From Azolla caroliniana (Eukaryota > Plantae > Polypodiophyta), in assembly GCA_043228905.1 (NCBI GenBank), contig JBHGNT010000074.1, forward strand, positions 1-64,000: DNA of 64,000 nt, in the 5' to 3' direction. The number at the start of each line of letters is the position of its first letter. The first letter of the stretch is position 1. A program made the position numbers and the translations under genes. Positions 1 to 12,200 of this stretch are shown here, in pieces. Under the pieces are notes generated by a model. It worked only from the letters and a program-made list of their open reading frames with translations. It did no database searches and was not told the origin of the DNA.

Positions 1-3000
1 AAGAAATTCAAAAGTTAGAGGAGGGAGGTGAGAAGAGCCCATGAGTAAATTAAAATGTTCATACCTGGCCCATGTGATATCGGATTTTAGTGTTCAAACA
101 TACGAATCGAAGTTAACATTCTAGCTCTGATATGGAATTAAAAAATCAAGATCTTGAAACTCAGATCGACAGACATGAAGAAATTACCAAATTTGAGGAG
201 GGAGTTGAGAAGAGCGCGTCAGTATATTAAAATCTTCATACGTGGCCCATGTGATATCGGATTTTAGTGTTCAAAGATGCGAATCGAAGGTAACAACACT
301 AGCTATGATATGGAATTAAAAAATCAAGATCTTGAAACTCATGTCGAGAGATATGAAAAAATGCTCAAGTTAGAGTAGGGAGTTGAGAAGAGCGGGTCAG
401 TATATTAAAATGTTCATACCTGGCCCATGTGATATCAGATTTTAGTGTTCAAAGATGCGAATCGAAGCTAACAACGCTACCTATAATATGGAATTAAAAA
501 ATGAGGATTTTGAAACTCAAGTCGAGAGACATGAAGAAATTACCAAATTTGAGGAGGGAGTTGAGAAGAGCGGGTCAGTAAATTAAAATGTTAATACCTG
601 GCTCGGGTGATCCCGGATTTTTGTGTTCAAAGATGCGAATCGAAGCTAACAACACTAGCTATGATATAAAATTAAAACATCAAGATTTTGAAACTCAGAT
701 CGACAGACATGAAGAAATTACCAAATTAGAGGAGGGAGTTGAGAAGAGCGCGTCAGTATATTAAAATCTTCATACCTGGCCCATGTGATATCGGATATTA
801 GTGTTCAAAGATGCGAATCGAAGGTAACAACACTAGCTATGATATGGTGTTAAAAAATCAAGATCTTGAAACTCATGTCGAGAGACATGAAGAAATGCTC
901 AAGTTAGAGGAGGGAGTTGAGAAGAGCCCGTGAGTAAATTAAAATGTTCATACCTGGCCCATGTGATATCGGATTTTTGTGTTCAAAGATGCGAATCGAA
1001 GCTAACAACACTAGCTATGATATGGAATTAAAAAATGTAGATTTTAAAACTCAAGTCGAGAGACATGAAAAAATTCAAAAGTTAGAGGAGGGAGTTGAGA
1101 AGAGCCCATGAGTAAATTAAAATGTTCATACCTGGCCCATGTGATATCGGATTTTAGTGTTCAAACATACGAATCGAAGTTAACATTCTAGCTCTGATAT
1201 GGAATTAAAAAATCAAGATCTTGAAACTCAGATCGACAGACATGAAGAAATTACCAAATTTGAGGAGGGAGTTGAGAAAAGCGCGTCAGTATATTAAAAT
1301 CTTCATACGTGGCCCATGTGATATCGGATTTTAGTGTTCAAAGATGCGAATCGAAGGTAACAACACTAGCTATGATATGGAATTAAAAAATCAAGATCTT
1401 GAAACTCATGTCGAGAGACATGAAGAAATGCTCAAGTTAGAGGAGGGAGTTGAGAAGAGCCCGTGAGTAAATTAAAATGTTCATACCTGGCCCATGTGAT
1501 ATCGGATTTTTGTGTTCAAAGATGCGAATCGAAGCTAACAACACTAGCTATGATATGGAATTAAAAAATGTAGATTTTAAAACTCAAGTCGAGAGACATG
1601 AAAAAATTCAAAAGTTAGAGGAGGGAGTTTAGAAGAGCCCATGAGTAAATTAAAATGTTCATACCTGGCCCATGTGATATCGGATTTTAGTGTTTAAACA
1701 TACGAATCGAAGCTAACAACACTAGCTATGATATAAAATTAAAACATCAAGATTTTGAAACTCAGATCGACAGACATGAAGAAATTACCAAATTAGAGGA
1801 GGGAGTTGAGAAGAGCGCGTCAGTATATTAAAATCTTCATACCTGGCCCATGTGATATCGGATATTAGTGTTCAAAGATGCGAATCGAAGGTAACAACAC
1901 TAGCTATGATATGGAATTAAAAAATCAAGATCTTGAAACTCATGTCGAGAGACATGAAGAAATTCTCAAGTTAGAGGAGGGAGTTGAGAAGAGCCCGTGA
2001 CTAAATTAAAATGTTCATACCTGGCCCATGTGATATAGGATTTTTGTGTTCAAAGATGCGAATCGAAGCTAACAACACTAGCTATGATATGGAATTAAAA
2101 AATGTAGATTTTAAAACTCAAGTCGAGAGACATGAAGAAATTCAAAAGTTAGAGGAGGGAATTGAGAAGAGCCCATGAGTAAATTAAAATGTTCATACCT
2201 GGCCCATGTGATATCGGATTTTAGTGTTCAAACATACGAATCGAAGTTAACATTCTAGCTCTGATATGGAATTAAAAAATCAAGATCTTGAAACTCAGAT
2301 CGACAGACATGAAGAAATTACCAAATTTGAGGAGGGAGTTGAGAAAAGCGCGTCAGTATATTAAAATCTTCATACGTGGGCCATGTGATATCGGATTTTA
2401 GTGTTCAAAGATGCGAATCGAAGGTAACAACACTAGCTATGATATGGAATTAAAAAATCAAGATCTTGAAACTCATGTCGAGAGATATGAAGAAATGCTC
2501 AAGTTAGAGTAGGGAGTTGAGAAGAGCGGGTCAGGATATTAAAATGTTCATACCTGGCCCATGTGATATCAGATTTTAGTGTTCAAAGATGCGAATCGAA
2601 GCTAACAACGCTACCTATAATATGGAATTAAAAAATGAGGATTTTGAAACTCAAGTCGAGAGACATGAAGAAATTACCAAATTTGAGGAGGGAGTTGAGA
2701 AGAGCGGGTCAGTAAATTAAAATGTTAATACCTGGCTCGGGTGATCCCGGATTTTTGTGTTCAAAGATGCAAATCGAAGCTAACAACACTAGCTATGATA
2801 TAAAATTAAAACATCAAGATTTTGAAACTCAGATCGACAGACATGAAGAAATTACCAAATTAGAGGAGGGAGTTGAGAAGAGCGCGTCAGTATATTAAAA
2901 TCTTCATACCTGGCCCATGTGATATCGGATATTAGTGTTCAAAGATGCGAATCGAAGGTAACAACACTAGCTATGATATGGTGTTAAAAAATCAAGATCT

Positions 3001-5340
3001 TGAAACTCATGTCGAGAGACATGAAGAAATGCTCAAGTTAGAGGAGGGAGTTGAGAAGAGCCCGTGAGTAAATTAAAATGTTCATACCTGGCCCATGTGA
3101 TATCGGATTTTTGTGTTCAAAGATGCGAATCGAAGCTAACAACACTAGCTATGATATGGAATTAAAAAATGTAGATTTTAAAACTCAAGTCGAGAGACAT
3201 GAAAAAATTCAAAAGTTAGAGGAGGGAGTTGAGAAGAGCCCATGAGTAAATTAAAATGTTCATACCTGGCCCATGTGATATCGGATTTTAGTGTTCAAAC
3301 ATACGAATCGAAGTTAACATTCTAGCTCTGATATGGAATTAAAAAATCAAGATCTTGAAACTCAGATCGACAGACATGAAGAAATTACCAAATTTGAGGA
3401 GGGAGTTGAGAAAAGCGCGTCAGTATATTAAAATCTTCATACGTGGCCCATGTGATATCGGATTTTAGTGTTCAAAGATGCGAATCGAAGGTAACAACAC
3501 TAGCTATGATATGGAATTAAAAAATCAAGATCTTGAAACTCATGTCGAGAGATATGAAGAAATGCTCAAGTTAGAGTAGGGAGTTGAGAAGAGCGGGTCA
3601 GTATATTAAAATGTTCATACCTGGCCCATGTGATATCAGATTTTAGTGTTCAAAGATGCGAATCGAAGCTAACAACGCTACCTATAATATGGAATTAAAA
3701 AATGAGGATTTTGAAACTCAAGTCGAGAGACATGAAGAAATTACCAAATTTGAGGAGGGAGTTGAGAAGAGCGGGTCAGTAAATTAAAATGTTAATACCT
3801 GGCTCGGGTGCTCCCGGATTTTTGTGTTCAAAGATGCGAATCGAAGCTAACAACACTAGCTATGATATAAAATTAAAACATCAAGATTTTGAAACTCAGA
3901 TCGACAGACATGAAGAAATTACCAAATTAGAGGAGGGAGTTGAGAAGAGCGCGTCAGTATATTAAAATCTTCATACCTGGCCCATGTGATATCCGATATT
4001 AGTGTTCAAAGATGCGAATCGAAGGTAACAACACTAGCTATGATATGGAATTAAAAAATCAAGATCTTGAAACTCATGTCGAGAGACATGAAGAAATGCT
4101 CAAGTTAGAGGAGGGAGTTGAGAAGAGCCCGTGAGTAAATTAAAATGTTCATACCTGGCCCATGTGATATCGGATTTTTGTGTTCAAAGATGCGAATCGA
4201 AGCTAACAACACTAGCTATGATATGGAATTAAAAAATGTAGATTTTAAAACTCAAGTCGAGAGACATAAAAAATTCAAAAGTTAGAGGAGGGAGTTGAGA
4301 AGAGCCCATGAGTAAATTAAAATGTTCATACCTGGCCCATGTGATATCGGATTTTAGTGTTCAAACATACGAATCGAAGCTAACAACACTAGCTATGATA
4401 TAAAATTAAAACATCAAGATTTTGAAACTCAGATCGACAGACATGAAGAAATTACCAAATTAGAGGAGGGAGTTGAGAAGAGCGCGTCAGTATATTAAAA
4501 TCTTCATACCTGGCCCATGTGATATCGGATTATTGTGTTCAAAGATGCGAATCGAAGGTAACAACACTAGCTATGATATGGAATTAAAAAATCAAGATCT
4601 TGAAACTCATGTCGAGAGACATGAAGAAATTCTCAAGTTAGAGGAGGGAGTTGAGAAGAGCCCGTGACTAAAATAAAATGTTCATACCTGGCCCATGTGA
4701 TATTGGATTTTTGAGTTCAAAGATGCGAATCGAAGCTAACAACCCTAGCTATGATATAGAATTAAAAAATGTAGATTTTAAAAGTCAAGTCGAGAGACAT
4801 GAAGAAATTCAAAAGTTAGAGGAGGGAGTTGAGAAGAGCCCATGAGTAAATTAAAATGTTCATACCTGGCCCATGTGATATCGGATTTTAGTGTTCAAAC
4901 ATACGAATCGAAGTTAACATTCTAGCTCTGATATGGAATTAAAAAATCAAGATCTTGAAACTCAGATCGACAGACATGAAGAAATTACCAAATTTGAGGA
5001 GGGAGTTGAGAAAAGCGCGTCAGTATATTAAAATCTTCATACATGGCCCATGTGATATCGGATTTTAGTGTTCAAAGATGCGAATCGAAGGTAACAACAC
5101 TAGCTATGATATGGAATTAAAAAATCAAGATCTTGAAAATCATGTCGAGAGATATGAAGAAATGCTCAAGTTAGAGTAGGGAGTTGAGAAGAGCGGGTCA
5201 GTATATTAAAATGTTCATACCTGGCCCATGTGCTATCAGATTTTAGTGTTCAAAGATGCGAATCGAAGCTAACAACGCTACCTATAATATGGAATTAGAA
5301 AATGAGGATTTTGAAACTCAAGTCGAGAGACATGAAGAAA

Positions 5341-8300
5341 TTACCAAATTTGAGGAGGCAGTTGAGAAGAGCGGGTCAGTAAATTAAAATGTTAATACCT
5401 GGCTCGGGTGATCCCGGATTTTTGTGTTCAAAGATGCGAATCGAAGCTAACAACACTAGCTATGATATAAAATTAAAACATCAAGATTTTGAAACTCAGA
5501 TCGATAGACATGAAGAAATTACCAAATTAGAGGAGGGAGTTGAGAAGAGCGCGTCAGTATATTAAAATCTTCATACCTGGCCCATGTCATATCGGATATT
5601 AGTGTTCAAAGATTCGAATCGAAGGTAACAACACTAGCTATGATATGGAATTAGAAAATCAAGATCTTGAAACTCATGTCGAGAGACATGAAGAAATGCT
5701 CAAGTTAGAGGAGGGAGTTGAGAAGAGCCCGTGAGTAAATTAAAATGTTCATACCTGGGCCATGTGATATCGGATTTTTGTGTTCAAAGATGCGAATCGA
5801 AGCTAACAACACTAGCTATGATATGGAATTAAAAAATGTAGATTTTAAAACTCAAGTCGAGAGACATGAAGAAATTCAAAAGTTAGAGGAGGGAGTTGAG
5901 AAGAGCCCATGAGTAAATTAAAATGTTCATACCTGGCCCATGTGATATCGGATTTTAGTGTTCAAACATACGAATCGAAGCTAACATTCTTGCTCTGATA
6001 TGGAATTAAAAAATCAAGATCTTGAAACTCAGATCGACAGACATGAAGAAATTACCAAATTTGAGGAGGGAGTTGAGAAAAGCGCGTCAGTATATTAAAA
6101 TCTTCATACGTGGCCCATGTGATATCGGATTTTAGTGTTCAAAGATGCGAATCGAAGGTAACAACACTAGCTATGATATGGAATTAAAAAATCAAGATCT
6201 TGAAACTCATGTCGAGAGACATAAAGAAATTACCAAATTACAGGAGGGAGTTGAAAAGAGCCCGTGACTAAATTAAAATGTTCATACCTGGCCCATGTGA
6301 TATCGGATTTTTGTGTTCAAAGATACGAATCGAAGCTAACAACACTAGCTATGATATGGAATTAAAAAATGTAGATTTTAAAACTCAAGTCGAGAGACAT
6401 GAAGAAATTCAAAAGTTAGAGGAGGGAGTTGAGAAGAGCCCATGAGTAAATTAAAATGTTCATACCTGGCCCATGTGATATCGGATTTTAGTGTTCAAAC
6501 ATACGAATCGAAGTTAACATTCTAGCTCTGATATGGAATTAAAAAATCAAGATTTTGAAACTCAGATCGACAGACATGAAGAAATTACCAAATTAGAGGA
6601 GGGAGTTGAGAAAAGCGCGTCAGTATATTAAAATCTTCATACGTGGCCCATCTGATATCGGATTTTAGTGTTCAAAGATGCGAATCGAAGGTAACAACAC
6701 TAGCTATGAAATGGAATTAAAAAATCAAGATCTTGAAACTCAAGTCGAGAGACATAAAGAAATTACCAAATTAGAGGAGGGAGTTGAAAAGAGCGCGTCA
6801 GTATACTAAAATGTTCATAACTAGCCCATGTGATATCGGATTATTGTGTTCAAAGATGCGAATCGAAGCTAACAACACTAGCTATGATATGGAATTAAAA
6901 AATCAAGATTTTGAAACTCAGATTGACAGACATGAAGAAATTACCAAATTTGAGGAGGGAGTTGAGAAGAGCGGGTCAGTAACTTAAAATGTTCATACCT
7001 GGCTCTGGTGATCCCGGATTTTTGTGTTCAAAGATGCGAATCGAAGCTAACAACACTAGCTATGATATAAAATTCAAAAATCAAGATTTTGAAACTCAAG
7101 TCGAGAGACATGATGAAATTCGCAAGTTAGAGGAGGGAGTTGAAAAGAGCGCGTCAGTATACTAAAATGTTCATAACTAGCCCATGTGATATCGGATTAT
7201 TGTGTTCAAAGATGCGAATCGAAGCTAACAACACTAGCTATGATATGGAATTAAAAAACCAAGATTTTGAAACTCAGATTGACAGACATGAACAAATTAC
7301 CAAATTTGAGGAGGGAGTTGAGAAGAGCGGGTCAGTAACTTAAAATGTTCATACCTGGCTCGGGTGCTCCCGGATTTTTGTGTTCAAAGATGCGAATCGA
7401 AGCTAACAACACTAGCTATGATATAAAATTAAAACATCAAGATTTTGAAACTCAGATCGACAGACATGAAGAAATTACCAAATTAGAGGAGGGAGTTATG
7501 AAGAGCGCGTCAGTATATTAAAATGTTCATACCTGGCCCATGTGATATCGGATATTAGTGTTCAAAGATGCGAATCGAAGGTAACAACACTAGCTATGAT
7601 ATGGAATTAAAAAATCAAGATCTTGAAACTCATGTCGAGAGACATGAAGAAATGCTCAAGTTAGAGGAGGGAGTTGAGAAGAGCCCGTGAGTAAATTAAA
7701 ATGTTCATACCTGGCCCATGTGATATCGGATTTTAGTGTTCAAAGATGCGAATCGAAGGTAACAACACTAGCTATGAAATGGAATTAAAAAATCAAGATC
7801 TTGAAACTCATGTCGAGAGACATAAAGAAATTACCAAATTAGAGGAGGGAGTTGAAAAGAGCGCGTCAGTATACTAAAATGTTCATAACTAGCCCATGTG
7901 ATATCGGATTATTGTGTTCAAAGATGCGAATCGAAGCTAACAACACTAGCTATGATATGGATTTAAAAAATCAAGATTTTGAAACTCAGATTGACAGACA
8001 TGAAGAAATTACCAAATTTGAGGAGGGAGTTGAGAAGAGCGGGTCAGTAACTTAAAATGTTCATACCTGGCTCGGGTGATCCCGGATTTTTGTGTTCAAA
8101 GATGCGAATCGAAGCTAACAACACTAGCTATGATATAAAATTCAAAAATCAAGATTTTGAAACTCAAGTCGAGAGACATGATGAAATTCGCAAGTTAGAG
8201 GAGGGAGTTGAGAAGAGCCCGTGAGTAAATTAAAATGTTCATACCTGGCCCATGTGATATCGGAATTTAGTGTTCAAAGATGCGAATCGAAGGTAACAAC

Positions 8301-11300
8301 GCTAGCTCTGATATGGAATTAAAAAATCAAGATTTTGAAACTCAGATCGACAGACATGAAGAAATTACTAAATTAGAGGAGGGAGTTGAGAAGAGCGCGT
8401 CAGTATATTAAAATCTTCATACCTGGCCCATGTGATATCGGATTTTAGTGTTCAAAGATGCGAATCGAAGGTAACAACACTAGCTATGATATGGAATTAA
8501 AAAATCAAGATCTTGAAACTCATGTCGAGAGATATGAAGAAATGCTCAAGTTAGAGTAGGGAGTTGAGAAGAGCGGGTTAGTATATGAAAATGTTCATAC
8601 CTGGCCCATGTGATATCAGATTTTAGTGTTCAAAGATGCGAATCGAAGCTAACAACGCTACCTATAATATGGAATTAAAAAATGAGGATTTTGAAACTCA
8701 AGTCGAGAGACATGAAGAAATTACCAAATTTGAGGAGGCAGTTGAGAAGAGCGGGTCAGTAAATTAAAATGTTAATACTTTGCTCGGGTGATCCCGGATT
8801 TTTGTGTTCAAAGATGCGAATCGAAGCTAACAACACTAGCTATGATATAAAATTAAAACATCAAGATTTTGAAACTCAGATCGATAGACATGAAGAAATT
8901 ACCAAATTAGAGGAGGGAGTTGAGAAGAGCGCGTCAGTATATTAAAATCTTCATACCTGGCCCATGTCATATCGGATATTAGTGTTCAAAGATTCGAATC
9001 GAAGGTAACAACACTAGCTATGATATGGAATTAGAAAATCAAGATCTTGAAACTCATGTCGAGAGACATGAAGAAATGCTCAAGTTAGAGGAGGGAGTTG
9101 AGAAGAGCCCGTGAGTAAATTAAAATGTTCATACCTGGGCCATGTGATATCGGATTTTTGTGTTCAAAGATGCGAATCGAAGCTAACAACACTAGCTATG
9201 ATATGGAATTAAAAAATGTAGATTTTAAAACTCAAGTCGAGAGACATGAAGAAATTCAAAAGTTAGAGGAGGGAGTTGAGAAGAGCCCATGAGTAAATTA
9301 AAATGTTCATACCTGGCCCATGTGATATCGGATTTTAGTGTTCAAACATACGAATCGAAGCTAACATTCTTGCTCTGATATGGAATTAAAAAATCAAGAT
9401 CTTGAAACTCAGATCGACAGACATGAAGAAATTACCAAATTTGAGGAGGGAGTTGAGAAAAGCGCGTCAGTATATTAAAATCTTCATACGTGGCCCATGT
9501 GATATCGGATTTTAGTGTTCAAAGATGCGAATCGAAGGTAACAACACTAGCTATGATATGGAATTAAAAAATCAAGATCTTGAAACTCATGTCGAGAGAC
9601 ATAAAGAAATTACCAAATTACAGGAGGGAGTTGAAAAGAGCCCGTGACTAAATTAAAATGTTCATACCTGGCCCATGTGATATCGGATTTTTGTGTTCAA
9701 AGATACGAATCGAAGCTAACAACACTAGCTATGATATGGAATTAAAAAATGTAGATTTTAAAACTCAAGTCGAGAGACATGAAGAAATTCAAAAGTTAGA
9801 GGAGGGAGTTGAGAAGAGCCCATGAGTAAATTAAAATGTTCATACCTGGCCCATGTGATATCGGATTTTAGTGTTCAAACATACGAATCGAAGTTAACAT
9901 TCTAGCTCTGATATGGAATTAAAAAATCAAGATTTTGAAACTCAGATCGACAGACATGAAGAAATTACCAAATTAGAGGAGGGAGTTGAGAAAAGCGCGT
10001 CAGTATATTAAAATCTTCATACGTGGCCCATCTAATATCGGATTTTAGTGTTCAAAGATGCGAATCGAAGGTAACAACACTAGCTATGAAATGGAATTAA
10101 AAAATCAAGATCTTGAAACTCAAGTCGAGAGACATAAAGAAATTACCAAATTAGAGGAGGGAGTTGAAAAGAGCGCGTCAGTATACTAAAATGTTCATAA
10201 CTAGCCCATGTGATATCGGATTATTGTGTTCAAAGATGCGAATCGAAGCTAACAACACTAGCTATGATATGGAATTAAAAAATCAAGATTTTGAAACTCA
10301 GATTGACAGACATGAAGAAATTACCAAATTTGAGGAGGGAGTTGAGAAGAGCGGGTCAGTAACTTAAAATGTTCATACCTGGCTCGGGTGATCCCGGATT
10401 TTTGTGTTCAAAGATGCGAATCGAAGCTAACAACACTAGCTATGATATAAAATTCAAAAATCAAGATTTTGAAACTCAAGTCGAGAGACATGATGAAATT
10501 CGCAAGTTAGAGGAGGGAGTTGAAAAGAGCGCGTCAGTATACTAAAATGTTCATAACTAGCCCATGTGATATCGGATTATTGTGTTCCTAGCTATGATAT
10601 GGAATTAAAAAACCAAGATTTTGAAACTCAGATTGACAGACATGAACAAATTACCAAATTTGAGGAGGGAGTTGAGAAGAGCGGGTCAGTAACTTAAAAT
10701 GTTCATACCTGGCTCGGGTGCTCCCGGATTTTTGTGTTCAAAGATGCGAATCGAAGCTAACAACACTAGCTATGATATAAAATTAAAACATCAAGATTTT
10801 GAAACTCAGATCGACAGACATGAAGAAATTACCAAATTAGAGGAGGGAGTTATGAAGAGCGCGTCAGTATATTAAAATGTTCATACCTGGCCCATGTGAT
10901 ATCGGATATTAGTGTTCAAAGATGCGAATCGAAGGTAACAACACTAGCTATGATATGGAATTAAAAAATCAAGATCTTGAAACTCATGTCGAGAGACATG
11001 AAGAAATGCTCAAGTTAGAGGAGGGAGTTGAGAAGAGCCCGTGAGTAAATTAAAATGTTCATACCTGGCCCATGTGATATCGGATTTTAGTGTTCAAAGA
11101 TGCGAATCGAAGGTAACAACACTAGCTATGAAATGGAATTAAAAAATCAAGATCTTGAAACTCATGTCGAGAGACATAAAGAAATTACCAAATTAGAGGA
11201 GGGAGTTGAAAAGAGCGCGTCAGTATACTAAAATGTTCATAACTAGCCCATGTGATATCGGATTATTGTGTTCAAAGATGCGAATCGAAGCTAACAACAC

Positions 11301-12200
11301 TAGCTATGATATGGATTTAAAAAATCAAGATTTTGAAACTCAGATTGACAGACATGAAGAAATTACCAAATTTGAGGAGGGAGTTGAGAAGAGCGGGTCA
11401 GTAACTTAAAATGTTCATACCTGGCTCGGGTGATCCCGGATTTTTGTGTTCAAAGATGCGAATCGAAGCTAACAACACTAGCTATGATATAAAATTCAAA
11501 AATCAAGATTTTGAAACTCAAGTCGAGAGACATGATGAAATTCGCAAGTTAGAGGAGGGAGTTGAGAAGAGCCCGTGAGTAAATTAAAATGTTCATACCT
11601 GGCCCATGTGATATCGGAATTTAGTGTTCAAAGATGCGAATCGAAGGTAACAACGCTAGCTCTGATATGGAATTAAAAAATCAAGATTTTGAAACTCAGA
11701 TCGACAGACATGAAGAAATTACCAAATTAGAGGAGGGAGTTGAGAAGAGCGCGTCAGTATATTAAAATGTTCATACCTGGCCCATGTGATATCGGATTTT
11801 AGTGTTCAAAGATGCGAATCGAAGGTAACAACACTAGCTATGATATGGAATTAAAAAATCAAGATCTTGAAACTCATGTCGAGAGATATGAAGAAATGCT
11901 CAAGTTAGAGTAGGGAGTTGAGAAGAGCGGGTTAGTATATGAAAATGTTCATACCTGGCCCATGTGATATCAGATTTTAGTGTTCAAAGATGCGAATCGA
12001 AGCTAACAACGCTACCTATAATATGGAATTAAAAAATGAGGATTTTGAAACTCAAGTCGAGAGACATGAAGAAATTACCAAATTTGAGGAGGCAGTTGAG
12101 AAGAGCGGGTCAGTAAATTAAAATGTTAATACCTTGCTCGGGTGATCCCGGATTTTTGTGTTCAAAGATGCGAATCGAAGCTAACAACACTAGCTATGAT
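5341..12200 (+). repeat. Tandem duplication of a 19-monomer (3380 bp) block
   Basis: Private variants recur at +3380 (cccatgtcat...gattcgaatc at 5581/8961; tgaggaggca at 5351/8731; ORFs 6784/10164). After a 26-bp deletion at 10587 they recur at +3354 (ORFs 7852/11206; gttagtatatgaaa at 8577/11931). Confidence 0.9.

Noticed and set aside
195-215. Purine tract gaggagggagttgagaagag as a Shine-Dalgarno site or G-quadruplex
   Set aside because: There is no credible CDS downstream and too few G-runs for a canonical G4. It is simply part of the monomer.
404-581. Monomer as a dimer of 89-bp halves (attaaaa recurs exactly 89 bp apart)
   Set aside because: Beyond the first 30 or so bases the halves match no better than chance for AT-rich DNA. 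The spacing is kept only as the explanation for the 89-bp jump at 38681.
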